A stretch of DNA of 64,000 nt from contig QHBJ01000018.1 in the NCBI GenBank assembly GCA_003243975.1, forward strand, positions 37,507 through 101,506, given 5' to 3'. Of the stretch, positions 18,806 through 28,887 are shown piece after piece (position 1 is the first letter of the stretch; each line of letters starts with the position of its first letter). The position numbers and the translations under genes were made by a program. The DNA comes from Vulcanimicrobiota bacterium. Lineage in GTDB: Bacteria; Vulcanimicrobiota; Vulcanimicrobiia; Vulcanimicrobiales; Vulcanimicrobiaceae. The notes under the pieces are model-generated. The model saw only the letters and a list, made by a program, of their open reading frames with translations, was not told where the DNA came from and did no database searches.

Positions 18806-21679
18806 TTGGCGCTATGCTGCGTCGCGAGCGTCACGCGATTTGCCGCCGCCGACATCTCTAGCGCCTATGCCGAGTTACGATGGCGCATGATCGGACCGTT
18901 CCGCGGGGGTCGGACGGTCGCCGTCACCGGCGTGCCCGGCAAAGAAAACGTTTTTTACATGGCGCCGGTCAACGGCGGAGTCTGGAAGACCACCGATTAC
19001 GGCCTCACGTGGAATCCGATCTTCGACAATCAGCCCACGCAATCGATCGGAGCGCTGGCGGTTGCGCCCTCCGACGCGAACACTCTGTATGCTGGAAGCG
19101 GCGAAGGACTTCTGCGCCCGGATCTCTCCACTGGAGACGGCATCTACAAGAGTGTGGATGGCGGTGCGCATTGGAACCATTTGGGATTGCGCGACGCAAA
19201 ACAGATCGGCGCGATCGCCATCGATCCCCGCAACCCCAACCGCTTGTTCGTAGCAGCACTCGGGCATCCGTACGGCCCCAACCCCCAGCGCGGCGTGTAC
19301 CGCTCGTTAAATGGCGGCGACACCTTCGAACGCGTACTCTACCAGGACGAAAACACGGGCGCGGTGACGCTGGCATTGGATCCCGCCGATGCAGACACGG
19401 TGTACGCCGCTCTCTGGCGTGCGCGCAAGCCGCCTTGGACCAATAGCGAGCCCCTCCAAATAGGTGGTGGGCTCTACAAGTCAATCGATGGCGGAACGAC
19501 GTGGCATCAGGTGCAGGGCGGTTTGCCCTTGACGGTCGGTCGCATCGGAATCGGGATCGCGCCCAGCAATTCAAAGCGCATTTACGCTTTGGTGGATTCC
19601 GCAACGCCCGCACTCTATCGCAGCGATGACGGAGGCTCCACGTGGGTGCGTCGCAATACCGAAGAGCGCATCACAGGGCGCGGTTCGGATTTCGCCGGCG
19701 TCACCGTCGATCCGCGAAACTCTGACGTCGTTTACGTTGCGAATACGTCCACATACCGTTCAAATGACGGCGGAAGTTCCTTCACGGCCATCAAAGGGGC
19801 TCCCGGTGGCGATGACTACCACACGATCTGGATCAATCCGCGCAACCCGCAGATCATTCTACTGGGCGTAGACCAAGGCGCGACGCTTAGCGTGAACGGG
19901 GGCGCGACCTGGAGCTCCTGGTACAACCAGCCCACCGCGCAATTCTTTCACGTCAGCACGGACAACCGCTTTCCCTATTGGGTGTACAGCGGCCAGCAGG
20001 AAAGCGGCAGCGCCGGCGTGGCCAGCCGTTCCGATTACGGCGAGATTTCTTTTCGCCAGTGGCATCCGGTGGGAGCCGAAGAGTACGGATACGTCGCGCC
20101 CGATCCGCTCCATCCCGGCATCATCTACGGCGGAAAAGTACAGCGCTACGACGAGCGTACCGGCGAAGTGCAGGAAGTCGGGCCCGAATTGTTCTGGCGC
20201 GCGGGGCGGTATCGATTCAATCGTACCGCGCCGCTCATCTTCTCCGCGGCGGACCCGCACACGCTATACTTGGGTTCGAACGTTCTCTTTGCAACTCGCA
20301 GCGGCGGTCAGCATTGGAGCGTTCTCAGCCCCGATCTAACCCGCTCGAATCCGGGCGTTCCGGCGAATCTTTCGGCTTTCGCGAACACGGCAGAGCCACG
20401 ACGGACACACCGCGGCGTGATCTACAGCATTGCGCCCTCACCGCTCGACGCCAAGCTGATTTGGTGCGGCACCGATGACGGGCTGATCTGGTACACGGCC
20501 GACGGCGGCCGGCATTGGAACGACGCTTCCCCACCGCTCTCAGCGTGGAGCAAAATTGCTCAGCTGGATGCCTCCCGGTTCGAACGCGCCAGCGCGTACG
20601 CTGCCGTGAGCCGTTATCGCTTGGACGACGACCGGCCGTACATCTATCGAACACACGATTTTGGGAAGAACTGGAAACTCATAACCGCCGGCTTGCCGCA
20701 GGCCGGCGCGGTGAATGTGGTGCGCGCCGATCCAATACAGCCGGGGCTACTCTTCGCCGGAACCGAGCGCGGCATCGATGTATCGTTCGATGATGGCGGA
20801 CACTGGCATTCGCTGCAACTGAACCTGCCCGCTACCTCGATGCGCGATCTGGTCATACACGGCGACGACGTGGTCGTTGGAACGCACGGAAGGTCGTTTT
20901 GGATCCTCGATAATATCAGCGCGCTGCGGCAACTTGCCGCTCAAGCGGAGCGTCCGGCCACCGGGCTCTTCCGGCCGGCCGTAGCGCTGCGCATACGCTG
21001 GAATCAAAACACCGATACGCCGCTGCCCCCCGAGGAGCCCGCCGGCAAGAATCCACCCGACGGCGCCATGCTCGACTATTACTTGGCGGCGCCCGCATCG
21101 GGACAAGTAACGCTACGCATTCTCGATGTCGGCGGCACGCTCGTGCGCACTTTTTCGACGACCGATCCACCGCAGCCAGATGACTCCGCAACGATCGACA
21201 AGCCGGTCTATTGGATTCGGCCGCACGCGCGCGTGAGCGCGGCAGCGGGAATGCATCGATTCGTTTGGGATCTGCGGTATCCGCCGCCGTCGGTCGACGA
21301 TCACGACTATGCGATCTCCGCCATCGTGCACGATACTCCGCGCGATCCGCGCGGCCCACTGGTGCTGCCTGGGACGTACACCGCCGTCTTAGATATCGCG
21401 GGAAAGGAGTTCCGCCAGCCCCTCATCGTGCGACTCGACCCCCGGCTGCACGTTTCTGGTGCGGATCTGCGACGCCAGTTGAGTTTGGCGCGTCAAATCG
21501 TCGCCGCGGTGGAGCGCGATACGGTCGCAATTCATGGAGCTCGAAGTGAGGAAACGCGAAACCACGCGCAAGCACACCAAGGACGGCTTCTCCAACTCCT
21601 CGGAGCGGTCGAGGGCGCGGACGCGGCCCCTACGCCGGCGCTAGCGCAGACGTGGCTGACGCTGCGCGGCGCCCCCTAG
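18806..21679 (+). CDS. BNR/Asp-box repeat protein (sortilin/VPS10- or GH74-like beta-propeller), secreted
   Basis: 957 aa with at least nine Asp-box repeats (SVDGGAHW, SLNGGDTF, SIDGGTTW, SDDGGSTW, SNDGGSSF, VNGGATW, ADGGRHW, FDDGGHWH and others). TTG start; signal-peptide-like N-terminus. Confidence 0.75.
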   Translation: MALCCVASVTRFAAADISSAYAELRWRMIGPFRGGRTVAVTGVPGKENVFYMAPVNGGVWKTTDYGLTWNPIFDNQPTQSIGALAVAPSDANTLYAGSGEGLLRPDLSTGDGIYKSVDGGAHWNHLGLRDAKQIGAIAIDPRNPNRLFVAALGHPYGPNPQRGVYRSLNGGDTFERVLYQDENTGAVTLALDPADADTVYAALWRARKPPWTNSEPLQIGGGLYKSIDGGTTWHQVQGGLPLTVGRIGIGIAPSNSKRIYALVDSATPALYRSDDGGSTWVRRNTEERITGRGSDFAGVTVDPRNSDVVYVANTSTYRSNDGGSSFTAIKGAPGGDDYHTIWINPRNPQIILLGVDQGATLSVNGGATWSSWYNQPTAQFFHVSTDNRFPYWVYSGQQESGSAGVASRSDYGEISFRQWHPVGAEEYGYVAPDPLHPGIIYGGKVQRYDERTGEVQEVGPELFWRAGRYRFNRTAPLIFSAADPHTLYLGSNVLFATRSGGQHWSVLSPDLTRSNPGVPANLSAFANTAEPRRTHRGVIYSIAPSPLDAKLIWCGTDDGLIWYTADGGRHWNDASPPLSAWSKIAQLDASRFERASAYAAVSRYRLDDDRPYIYRTHDFGKNWKLITAGLPQAGAVNVVRADPIQPGLLFAGTERGIDVSFDDGGHWHSLQLNLPATSMRDLVIHGDDVVVGTHGRSFWILDNISALRQLAAQAERPATGLFRPAVALRIRWNQNTDTPLPPEEPAGKNPPDGAMLDYYLAAPASGQVTLRILDVGGTLVRTFSTTDPPQPDDSATIDKPVYWIRPHARVSAAAGMHRFVWDLRYPPPSVDDHDYAISAIVHDTPRDPRGPLVLPGTYTAVLDIAGKEFRQPLIVRLDPRLHVSGADLRRQLSLARQIVAAVERDTVAIHGARSEETRNHAQAHQGRLLQLLGAVEGADAAPTPALAQTWLTLRGAP

Positions 21680-21793
21680 GGACAACAAGGCCTGATTTAA
21701 CGTTCTCCCAAATGGGGAAAAGATGCATCCGCGCGCTCGGTCCCTCTTGGGCCGGGGCGTATGCAACTGTCCTACCCTAGGAGATACATACCA

Positions 21794-22228
21794 ATGTCAT
21801 TATCACGGACTCTCTTCACCGGTGCGATCGCTTTGGCGCTCACCGGTACGGCCTTGGCTACCCCAAACGTCATGCACAAGATGCACAACGCTATGTCGGG
21901 CAAGGTTCTGAACATAAACATGGGGGCACAAAGCGGCTCCAAGCAAACCGGTACCGCCACCATCAAGGGCGCGCCGGGCGGCATCTGGGTCAAAGTTGCC
22001 GTTTTCAATGAGCCGAAAGGCGCCCGCCAACCCGCGCACATTCACTTGGGCACGTGCCAGAAATTGAATCCGGCACCCTGGAAGCCCCTGTCGAACGTCG
22101 TCAACGGCACGTCGGTAACGACGATCAAAGGCGTGAGCGTCGACCAGCTCAAGCATGGCAAGTACGCGATCAACGTGCACGCCAGCGCCGCGAATCTCAA
22201 GAAGTACGTTTCCTGCGGCGGAATCTAA
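21794..22228 (+). CDS. secreted protein, possibly Cu/Zn-SOD-like or CHRD-like fold
   Basis: Start at MSLSRTLF, preceded by AGGAG. Signal peptide; PAHIHLGTC and AINVHAS...CGGI weakly resemble Cu/Zn SOD-like proteins. Family assignment is tentative. Confidence 0.4.
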   Translation: MSLSRTLFTGAIALALTGTALATPNVMHKMHNAMSGKVLNINMGAQSGSKQTGTATIKGAPGGIWVKVAVFNEPKGARQPAHIHLGTCQKLNPAPWKPLSNVVNGTSVTTIKGVSVDQLKHGKYAINVHASAANLKKYVSCGGI

Positions 22229-22295
22229 GCAGGAACGGACTCCGTTCATCAAAGAGACGCTGCCTGCAGCGTCTCTTTCTTTTTCTGAGGTAACG

Positions 22296-22865
22296 ATGAG
22301 CAGCCCACGCATTTCACGCTTCGGCGAACCCACCGAAACGGAGCTCCCAGCCGACATTGCCGAAGTTTATGCAAAGAACCGCGAAAAACTCGGCTTCGTT
22401 CCCAACGTCTTTCGGGCTTACGCTCGCCGGCCCGAACACTTTCGCGCGTTTATGGGCTATCATGACGTGCTGATGAAGGGACCCGGCAATCTCAGCCGCG
22501 CCGAACGCGAAGCGATCGTCGTTGCAATTTCCGCGGAGAACGTCTGTCAGTATTGTGTGACCGCGCATGGCGCGGCCCTACGCATCCTGGGAAAAGATCC
22601 GGTTCTGGCAGACCAGATCGCAATCAACTGGCGGACGGCCGATCTTACCCCGCGCTGGCGCGCGATGCTGGAGTTTGCATCGGAAGTCAACGCGCCAGGC
22701 TTCACGCCGACGGACGCGGAGATCGAGGCCATGCGCGCCCACGGATTCAGCGACAACGACCTCTGGGACATCGCCGCCATCGCCGCGTTCTTCGCATTCT
22801 CCAACCGCATGGCTGGCTTGATGGACATGCGCCCCAACGCAGAGTTCTACGCGCTCGGGCGTTAG
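22296..22865 (+). CDS. carboxymuconolactone decarboxylase / AhpD-like peroxidase-related protein
   Basis: AhpD-core CxxC..H motif (ENVCQYCVTAHG) in a roughly 190-aa all-alpha protein. Confidence 0.6.
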   Translation: MSSPRISRFGEPTETELPADIAEVYAKNREKLGFVPNVFRAYARRPEHFRAFMGYHDVLMKGPGNLSRAEREAIVVAISAENVCQYCVTAHGAALRILGKDPVLADQIAINWRTADLTPRWRAMLEFASEVNAPGFTPTDAEIEAMRAHGFSDNDLWDIAAIAAFFAFSNRMAGLMDMRPNAEFYALGR

Positions 22866-22906
22866 TATCGCCTCGTCATTTCGAGCTAAGAACCCACCGA
22901 AGGCGC

Positions 22907-23914
22907 TTATCCTTGCAGAATCTCGGCAAAGCTGGCAGCATCGACGTTTCCGCCGCTGATAATAACGCCGACACCCTTCGAAGGCACGTCGAGTTTCCCG
23001 GCCAGGAGCGCTGCCAACCCCGCCGCCCCGCTCGGTTCAATGACAAGTTTCATTCGTTCGAAAGCAAAGCGCATCGCGACCCTCAACTCATCATCGCTGA
23101 CCGTTGTGATGCCGTGCGCAAGCCGGCGCACGATTGGAAAGGTCAGCTCTCCCGGCGCTTGAGTCATCATACCGTCGGCAATCGTATCGGGCACGGGAAT
23201 TGTCACCCGGCGGCCGGCCAAGAACGATTGTTGAAAGTCATTTCCCGCCTCGGGTTCCACGCCGTAAACCGCGATCTGCGGATCGAGCGCAGCGGCCGTA
23301 ACTGCGGAACCCGCTAGCAATCCGCCGCCTCCCGTCGGCACGAGAAGCACATCTATGCCCCGCTTATCTTGCAAAAACTCTAAGGCGGCGGTTGCCTGGC
23401 CGGCGATCACTTGCACATCGTCGTAGGGCGGGACCAGAGTCGCACGGCGCTCGTGCGCGATGCGGCGGGCAATCTGCTCGCGATCCTCCTCGGGCCGTCG
23501 GTAGAACACGATCTCAGCGTCGTAGCCACGGGATGCTGCAAGCTTGGACTCCGGCGCGTCAGCCGGCATCACGACGGTTGCCGCGACGCCGAGCAGCCGG
23601 GCGGCGAGTGCTACGCCCTGGGCATGGTTGCCGCTTGAATACGTAACCACGCCACCTTCACGCTGCGCCGCATCGAGCTGCACTAATCGGTTGTACGCGC
23701 CGCGGAACTTGAACGCGCCCATGCGCTGAAAGTTCTCACACTTGAGATATACGCGCGCTCCCGTTAATGCATCGAGCGTCCTGGAAGTTAAGACCGGCGT
23801 CCGGTGCGCAACCCCTTGAAGGCGTCGCGCCGCTGCCAAAATGTCGTCGAAGCGAACATTCTGGAGCGCAACGCTCACGGCGCCGGCGCGCTCGCCTTCT
23901 CGCGCACGTCCCAT
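22907..23914 (-). CDS. PLP-dependent threonine/serine dehydratase (fold type II)
   Basis: PLP-lysine motif (KCENFQRMGAFKFRGA), a glycine-rich loop (PTGGGGLLAG), and SSGNHAQG. Confidence 0.8.
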   Translation of the reverse strand: MGRAREGERAGAVSVALQNVRFDDILAAARRLQGVAHRTPVLTSRTLDALTGARVYLKCENFQRMGAFKFRGAYNRLVQLDAAQREGGVVTYSSGNHAQGVALAARLLGVAATVVMPADAPESKLAASRGYDAEIVFYRRPEEDREQIARRIAHERRATLVPPYDDVQVIAGQATAALEFLQDKRGIDVLLVPTGGGGLLAGSAVTAAALDPQIAVYGVEPEAGNDFQQSFLAGRRVTIPVPDTIADGMMTQAPGELTFPIVRRLAHGITTVSDDELRVAMRFAFERMKLVIEPSGAAGLAALLAGKLDVPSKGVGVIISGGNVDAASFAEILQG

Positions 23915-24261
23915 TCGCGGACCTTCCCGTCGTCGTCGAGCACGAGCTTCTCTTCATACACGTGCTTCTCGAACGGCGCATTGAAGTAGTGCGTGTTTGG
24001 CGCGGAACTGCCGCTGCTCGGCCGCTCTTTCACGCCCTGGAACTTCCCCTCTGAATTGAGCTCATCGGAGAGACGCGCGACGCGCACCCGCGTGATCTGC
24101 ACCTGCGCCTGCGAATCGAAGTCGGCGCGCACCGGATCCATGTTATTGGCGATCACGGCGTTGGTGATCTTGTCCGCTTCCTTCTCAAACTTATTCTTGC
24201 TCGAACAGCCCGAAGCCGCCAAGGCGAGCACCAGCAGGCACAGCAGCGATCGCTTCATTAG
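23875..24261 (-). CDS. lipoprotein, hypothetical
   Basis: MKRSLLCLLVLALAASGCSS lipobox. No recognisable domain. Confidence 0.45.
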   Translation of the reverse strand, partial: LMKRSLLCLLVLALAASGCSSKNKFEKEADKITNAVIANNMDPVRADFDSQAQVQITRVRVARLSDELNSEGKFQGVKERPSSGSSAPNTHYFNAPFEKHVYEEKLVLDDDGKVREWDVREKASAPAP

Positions 24262-24269
24262 GGTTCTCC

Positions 24270-25883
24270 TTATCGGTAAGCGGCGGGCGCGGGAGCCTCC
24301 GCCAGGGTAGTAAACTCCGCGAAGTGCACGTTGGGGTTCCACTCTTCGGCCAGCCGCAGACTCCAATCCGATTCGAAGAGCGCTACCGGCCGGCCGTCCC
24401 AGTCCTGGGCGAGTGTAGCGTTTGAAGGCAGCTGCACCGCTGCGACGGCGGCGGCATCGCCCGCGACGCGGCGCGCTACCGAAAAGGGCAACGAGCTCAA
24501 GACTGTCTTGACGTTATACTCCGCCTCGAGCCGATACTTCGCCACCTCGAACTGTAAGGCGCCGACCGCGGCCAGAATCGGCTCGATGCGCGGCGCTGCA
24601 TACGGATACATAACCTGGATGGCGCCCTCCTCACGCAACTGCGCGATGCCCTTGCCGAACGATTTGTAACTCGAAGTGTCGATACTGCGCACCGAGGCAA
24701 AATGTTCCGGCGCGAATGCCGGAACGGGGGGAAAGCGAACCGTTGCGCCTTCATACAGCGTATCGCCGATAGCAAAGACGCCGGGATTAGTCAGCCCAAC
24801 CACATCGCCTGCGTACGCGGTTTCCAGCGACTCTCGCTCGCCGGCAAAGAGCTTCATCGCACGGGTTAGCCGCACGTCCTTGCCCGTGCGCACGTTCTTG
24901 ACGCTCATGTCGCGCTCGAATTTTCCCGAACAGATGCGCACGAACGCGACGCGGTCGCGGTGGCGCGGATCCATGTTGGCCTGAATCTTAAACACGAAGC
25001 CCGAGAAACCGGCCCCGGTTGGATCTACCGGCCCATCGCTGCCCGAGCGGGGCCCGGGTGCGGGGCTAAGGTCGGTAAACCCGTCCAAGAAAAGCTGCAC
25101 GCCGAAATTCGTCACCGCGCTTCCGAAGAATACGGGCGTCACTTCGCCGCGCAGCATCGCTCCTCGGTCAAAATCGGTTCCCGCTCCCTCCAGCAACGCA
25201 AGCTCCTCGAGGAATTGCGCGTGCGTGCGGTCATCGAAAAGCGATGCTATCTGGTCGTCGTGAAGGGCGGTGACGCGAACGGCAGCGCGCTTCGCACCAT
25301 GCGTCGTGCGTTCGAAAAGATGCATCTCCTGCGACCGCCGATCGTACACTCCGCGAAACGAGGGCCCGCTTCCTAGCGGCCAATTGACCGGATAGGCATG
25401 AATGCCCAAGACATTTTCAAGTTCGTCCAGCAAGTCCAGAGGATCTCGACTCGGGCGGTCCATCTTGTTCATGAACGTGAAGAGCGGAATCTTACGTGCG
25501 CGGCAAATGGCGAACAGCTTTTTGGTTTGCGGCTCAACGCCCTTGGCCGCATCGATCAACATCACCGCGCTGTCGGCGGCCAGCAGCGTACGGTAGGTAT
25601 CTTCACCAAAATCCTGATGCCCCGGCGTGTCAAGAAGGTTCATGATGAACCCTTCGTACGGAAACTGAAGGACCGTCGAGGTGATGGAGATGCCGCGTTC
25701 ACGCTCCAGCTGCATCCAATCGCTGGTAGCGGCACGCTGGCGCTTGCGCGCCGAAACCTGACCGGCCGTTTGAATTGCACCGCCGTAGAGCAGCAGTTTT
25801 TCGGTCAAGGTTGTCTTGCCGGCATCCGGATGTGAGATGATTGCGAATGTACGCCGCTTGGAAACTTCGCGTTCGATGCTCAT
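24270..25883 (-). CDS. prfC: peptide chain release factor 3
   Basis: GTPase G1 motif (AIISHPDAGKTTLTEKLLLYGGAI), G3 (DTPGHQDF) and an RF3-type domain arrangement; 537 aa. Confidence 0.9.
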   Translation of the reverse strand: MSIEREVSKRRTFAIISHPDAGKTTLTEKLLLYGGAIQTAGQVSARKRQRAATSDWMQLERERGISITSTVLQFPYEGFIMNLLDTPGHQDFGEDTYRTLLAADSAVMLIDAAKGVEPQTKKLFAICRARKIPLFTFMNKMDRPSRDPLDLLDELENVLGIHAYPVNWPLGSGPSFRGVYDRRSQEMHLFERTTHGAKRAAVRVTALHDDQIASLFDDRTHAQFLEELALLEGAGTDFDRGAMLRGEVTPVFFGSAVTNFGVQLFLDGFTDLSPAPGPRSGSDGPVDPTGAGFSGFVFKIQANMDPRHRDRVAFVRICSGKFERDMSVKNVRTGKDVRLTRAMKLFAGERESLETAYAGDVVGLTNPGVFAIGDTLYEGATVRFPPVPAFAPEHFASVRSIDTSSYKSFGKGIAQLREEGAIQVMYPYAAPRIEPILAAVGALQFEVAKYRLEAEYNVKTVLSSLPFSVARRVAGDAAAVAAVQLPSNATLAQDWDGRPVALFESDWSLRLAEEWNPNVHFAEFTTLAEAPAPAAYR

Positions 25884-26332
25884 AGTGTCGATGGAGCGTA
25901 GACGCGCAAGTCGCCACCGTGATCGAAGCGAAGCAGCACCAATCGGCTTCCCGCAGCGTAAAACTTCGCCTCAGGGGGTATGTGAAAGCGATCCGCGCCC
26001 CGCGCGACGAGAGCGTCATCGGCACGCACCGTTAGGCGGCAGTCGCGCAGCTCGATCCGCGTGCCCGCCGGCAGCCGCTGCGCGCCCGCCGGAATGTGCT
26101 TGGCAACGTCCTCGACACGCCTTCCACGCCACACCCTCTGCTGCAGCCAGCACTCCGGAAGAGCGGAGAGGGCCCACGGGGCATTGATGCCATCGAAGTC
26201 GCGGGCACGATAATGCGAGCGTGGGCCTTTTCGCCCGGTGGTGGGGGGGCCGCTCGCACGCACGCTCTTCACCCTGAGTGCATGCAACTGATGCAAGTGA
26301 ACCGCCAGCACGCTTCCCGCAACAACAACCAT
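25880..26332 (-). CDS. hypothetical protein
   Basis: 150-aa ORF whose stop overlaps the prfC start (ATGA coupling). No motif. Confidence 0.3.
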   Translation of the reverse strand: MVVVAGSVLAVHLHQLHALRVKSVRASGPPTTGRKGPRSHYRARDFDGINAPWALSALPECWLQQRVWRGRRVEDVAKHIPAGAQRLPAGTRIELRDCRLTVRADDALVARGADRFHIPPEAKFYAAGSRLVLLRFDHGGDLRVYAPSTL

Positions 26333-26365
26333 GCATCCAGCGATGAGGTAGTAGCGAAGCAGTTC

Positions 26366-27466
26366 TTACGCAGCACTCTCTGCAGGCTCGAGCCCGCCCT
26401 GCGTATCGCCGAAACTCAGACGCACGGCACCGGTTTTGTAGTCGGCCATTCCGTAGTAAACATCGAAGGTGCGAGGGCCTAGATCGCGTCGCGGATCGAT
26501 CCCCGTTGGAAAGACGACGTTGTCCACGACTCCCTTGCGCTCGGCCGCTGTCTCCGGCACAAGTACCGGCTGGGGCGAACGGTAACGAATGACTTCGGGC
26601 CGCTCGTAATCGTGGATCACGATTCCCGCACAGTACCGGAACTTCGGCTTTGGCGTGGTTGGATTGATGACATCCACCGCATGGAAGAGCGACATCCACC
26701 CCTCTTCAATGCGGACCGGCGGTGTACCGCACCCAATCTTCAGCGACCCCCACTGCGCGTCGGGCGAGAGCGCGAGCGCGCTCTCAGACACCCGGGTGAT
26801 GTTGGCACGGTTTTTCAGCACCGGTTTTAAGGGGACGTAGCCGATTCGAATCGATTCTCGGTCTTCGAATGGCATTTGTTCGATCAGCGGAATTGCGGCG
26901 CGGCCGTCAACCGCAGAGAGATGCAGCATGGGGCGATGGTAGAACGCCAGCGATAACTCGCCCGAAGGCGACCTCACGGGCTCGGGAAAGAATGCCGCAT
27001 CCTTGTCGTCGCCGATATGCAGCCCGGGGCGGTCGAACTCCAGAAGCCCCATGCGCTGCCAGCTATATCCATCGTCGGAGAGCGCGATCGCTACGCGCGG
27101 ACCGTGCGGTCCGAAGGCCGTGTACGTCATCGCGTACTGATCGAGCGCCTCAATATAACTTACGCGTGGATCCTCGCAGCCATATCCGGAATGCTCACGG
27201 CGTTCGTACTCCGCCTCCGGTTGCAGCACGTATCCTAAGCGTTCGAAGCGATAGAACGACTCAGCGGGATTTGCGCGCACCAAGCCGATGCGCGAAATGT
27301 TTCCCCGAGCGACGTCACGCGGATAGAGTAAGAGCGTGCCGTTACGCGTGCGGGCGCACGCAGGGTTAAGCACCCCCAGAGCTTCGTCCGGCGCAGTACT
27401 CGGTTCAAGAACTGAACCGAGTCGCTCTACGCGTACTTTGATTTCGGTAATTGGTTCGGCGGGCAT
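26366..27466 (-). CDS. GH130-family glycoside phosphorylase/hydrolase (5-bladed beta-propeller)
   Basis: GVLNPA, GCEDPRV, WGSLKIGCGTPP and YYGMAD resemble GH130 conserved blocks. Confidence 0.55.
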   Translation of the reverse strand: MPAEPITEIKVRVERLGSVLEPSTAPDEALGVLNPACARTRNGTLLLYPRDVARGNISRIGLVRANPAESFYRFERLGYVLQPEAEYERREHSGYGCEDPRVSYIEALDQYAMTYTAFGPHGPRVAIALSDDGYSWQRMGLLEFDRPGLHIGDDKDAAFFPEPVRSPSGELSLAFYHRPMLHLSAVDGRAAIPLIEQMPFEDRESIRIGYVPLKPVLKNRANITRVSESALALSPDAQWGSLKIGCGTPPVRIEEGWMSLFHAVDVINPTTPKPKFRYCAGIVIHDYERPEVIRYRSPQPVLVPETAAERKGVVDNVVFPTGIDPRRDLGPRTFDVYYGMADYKTGAVRLSFGDTQGGLEPAESAA

Positions 27467-27525
27467 CAGTCCTCGTGCATCCTGTGAGTCAACGCAGACT
27501 CACGCAAAGCGTTTCCCAAAAGGCT

Positions 27526-28017
27526 TCAACGTAACACGGTCGAGGCAACCGGATCGTCGGAGGGCGTCACGACGTCGAGGTGCGAGCCGCGCCGGTACAC
27601 CGAGTTGGGAATGATCCAGAGGGTATAGGTCCGGTATTGTGAGGCCGGCTCTCCACCGGCCGGCGGACCCACTTCGAAAGCAACCACTCGCACGCGGTCT
27701 TCGTTAGCGCGTATGGATTCGATCACTTGATGCCAGCCCGTCTCGCGGTGCGGCCCCATGAGCAAGACCACCCCGAATTCGTGTTTGAAGCGAACCGGAG
27801 CATGAATGCCCAACTGTTCGAGGCCAGCACGGTCGCGCACCACCACGACAGCGGTACCGCCGGGTGCCGTGGTAGTCCCCGTAGCGTATGTCTTAACGCG
27901 GACCTCCCGGCACGCGACGAGCAGCAGGACCAACGCAAGTGCGAAAAAGCGCTTCACTAGCGGCCGGGGGTTCTTCAGGGGCCGCTCGGCCCCCGTTCGC
28001 GGGGTCCGCAATTTCAT
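27526..28017 (-). CDS. lipoprotein, hypothetical
   Basis: VKRFFALALVLLLVAC lipobox. No domain recognised. Confidence 0.4.
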   Translation of the reverse strand: MKLRTPRTGAERPLKNPRPLVKRFFALALVLLLVACREVRVKTYATGTTTAPGGTAVVVVRDRAGLEQLGIHAPVRFKHEFGVVLLMGPHRETGWHQVIESIRANEDRVRVVAFEVGPPAGGEPASQYRTYTLWIIPNSVYRRGSHLDVVTPSDDPVASTVLR

Positions 28018-28104
28018 GATAAAATCGCAGTGAGAAGTCCTGGTCACAAAAGCGACTCAGGACGCATTCTCGAAGTAGTTCTCACACCCAAGCTCGAGGG
28101 TCCC

Positions 28105-28818
28105 ATGCTTGCTTCCTTTCTATTTGTAGCCGCCACCGTGGCGGCGGCACCGGCGCCGGCCGCGACCTCGGCACCGGGTGCGCTCAAAGAAATCGGGCAC
28201 GTGCGTGCAACTGCCGCCTGCGCAGAGCTCGCCACGCACGCCAATAGTGCCATTTCAAAAGCCTTGAATAACGATCTGCTCCTTACGCAAACGATCACCA
28301 AGCTGCACTCAGCGGATCTGGACGGCGATGAAATCACTCGCCACAACAATCTCGAGGAGCTCGGCCGGCTGGCAAAAGACCTGCGAGCGCAGGCCGTTTC
28401 GGGCGATAGCGAAGTGAGGCGTCTGCGCGACATCGCGGCCAAATCTACGGATCCAAAACAGAAGAAAGAACTCAAGGAGTTTGCGGATCAGCTGGGCGGC
28501 GCACTCTATCGGCAGAAAAAGGTAGCTAACGATCTCAACGGCTTGCTCGCCGCGTTCGACTACCATGGAATGGCCAAGATGGACGAAAACCAGCGCGACG
28601 CCAACGAGATGGCGGTAGGAAACGGTCCGCCGGAGATGCCGGACTCCTCGGGATCAACCGTCGCCCACCTGGACAGGATCCGCAACGCTCCGAAGAATCC
28701 CACGGACAGCAAATTGGCCATCAATGCAGCAGCCGATTTCGAATTGCGGTTGCCCGACATTACCAACGACGAGGCCAACGCCGCCTCACACATCGAAGGC
28801 GCCGTTAGCGGCTGCTGA
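28105..28818 (+). CDS. secreted hypothetical protein (alpha-helical, Lys/Asp-rich)
   Basis: Signal peptide MLASFLFVAATVAAAPAPAA, followed by charged helical sequence. Confidence 0.4.
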   Translation: MLASFLFVAATVAAAPAPAATSAPGALKEIGHVRATAACAELATHANSAISKALNNDLLLTQTITKLHSADLDGDEITRHNNLEELGRLAKDLRAQAVSGDSEVRRLRDIAAKSTDPKQKKELKEFADQLGGALYRQKKVANDLNGLLAAFDYHGMAKMDENQRDANEMAVGNGPPEMPDSSGSTVAHLDRIRNAPKNPTDSKLAINAAADFELRLPDITNDEANAASHIEGAVSGC

Positions 28819-28887
28819 TAGGCCGCGCAAGCTGCGGTCAATAGTCGTTGTAGGGGAGCTTGCATCTTCGCTAAACTCTAGAGTCAA

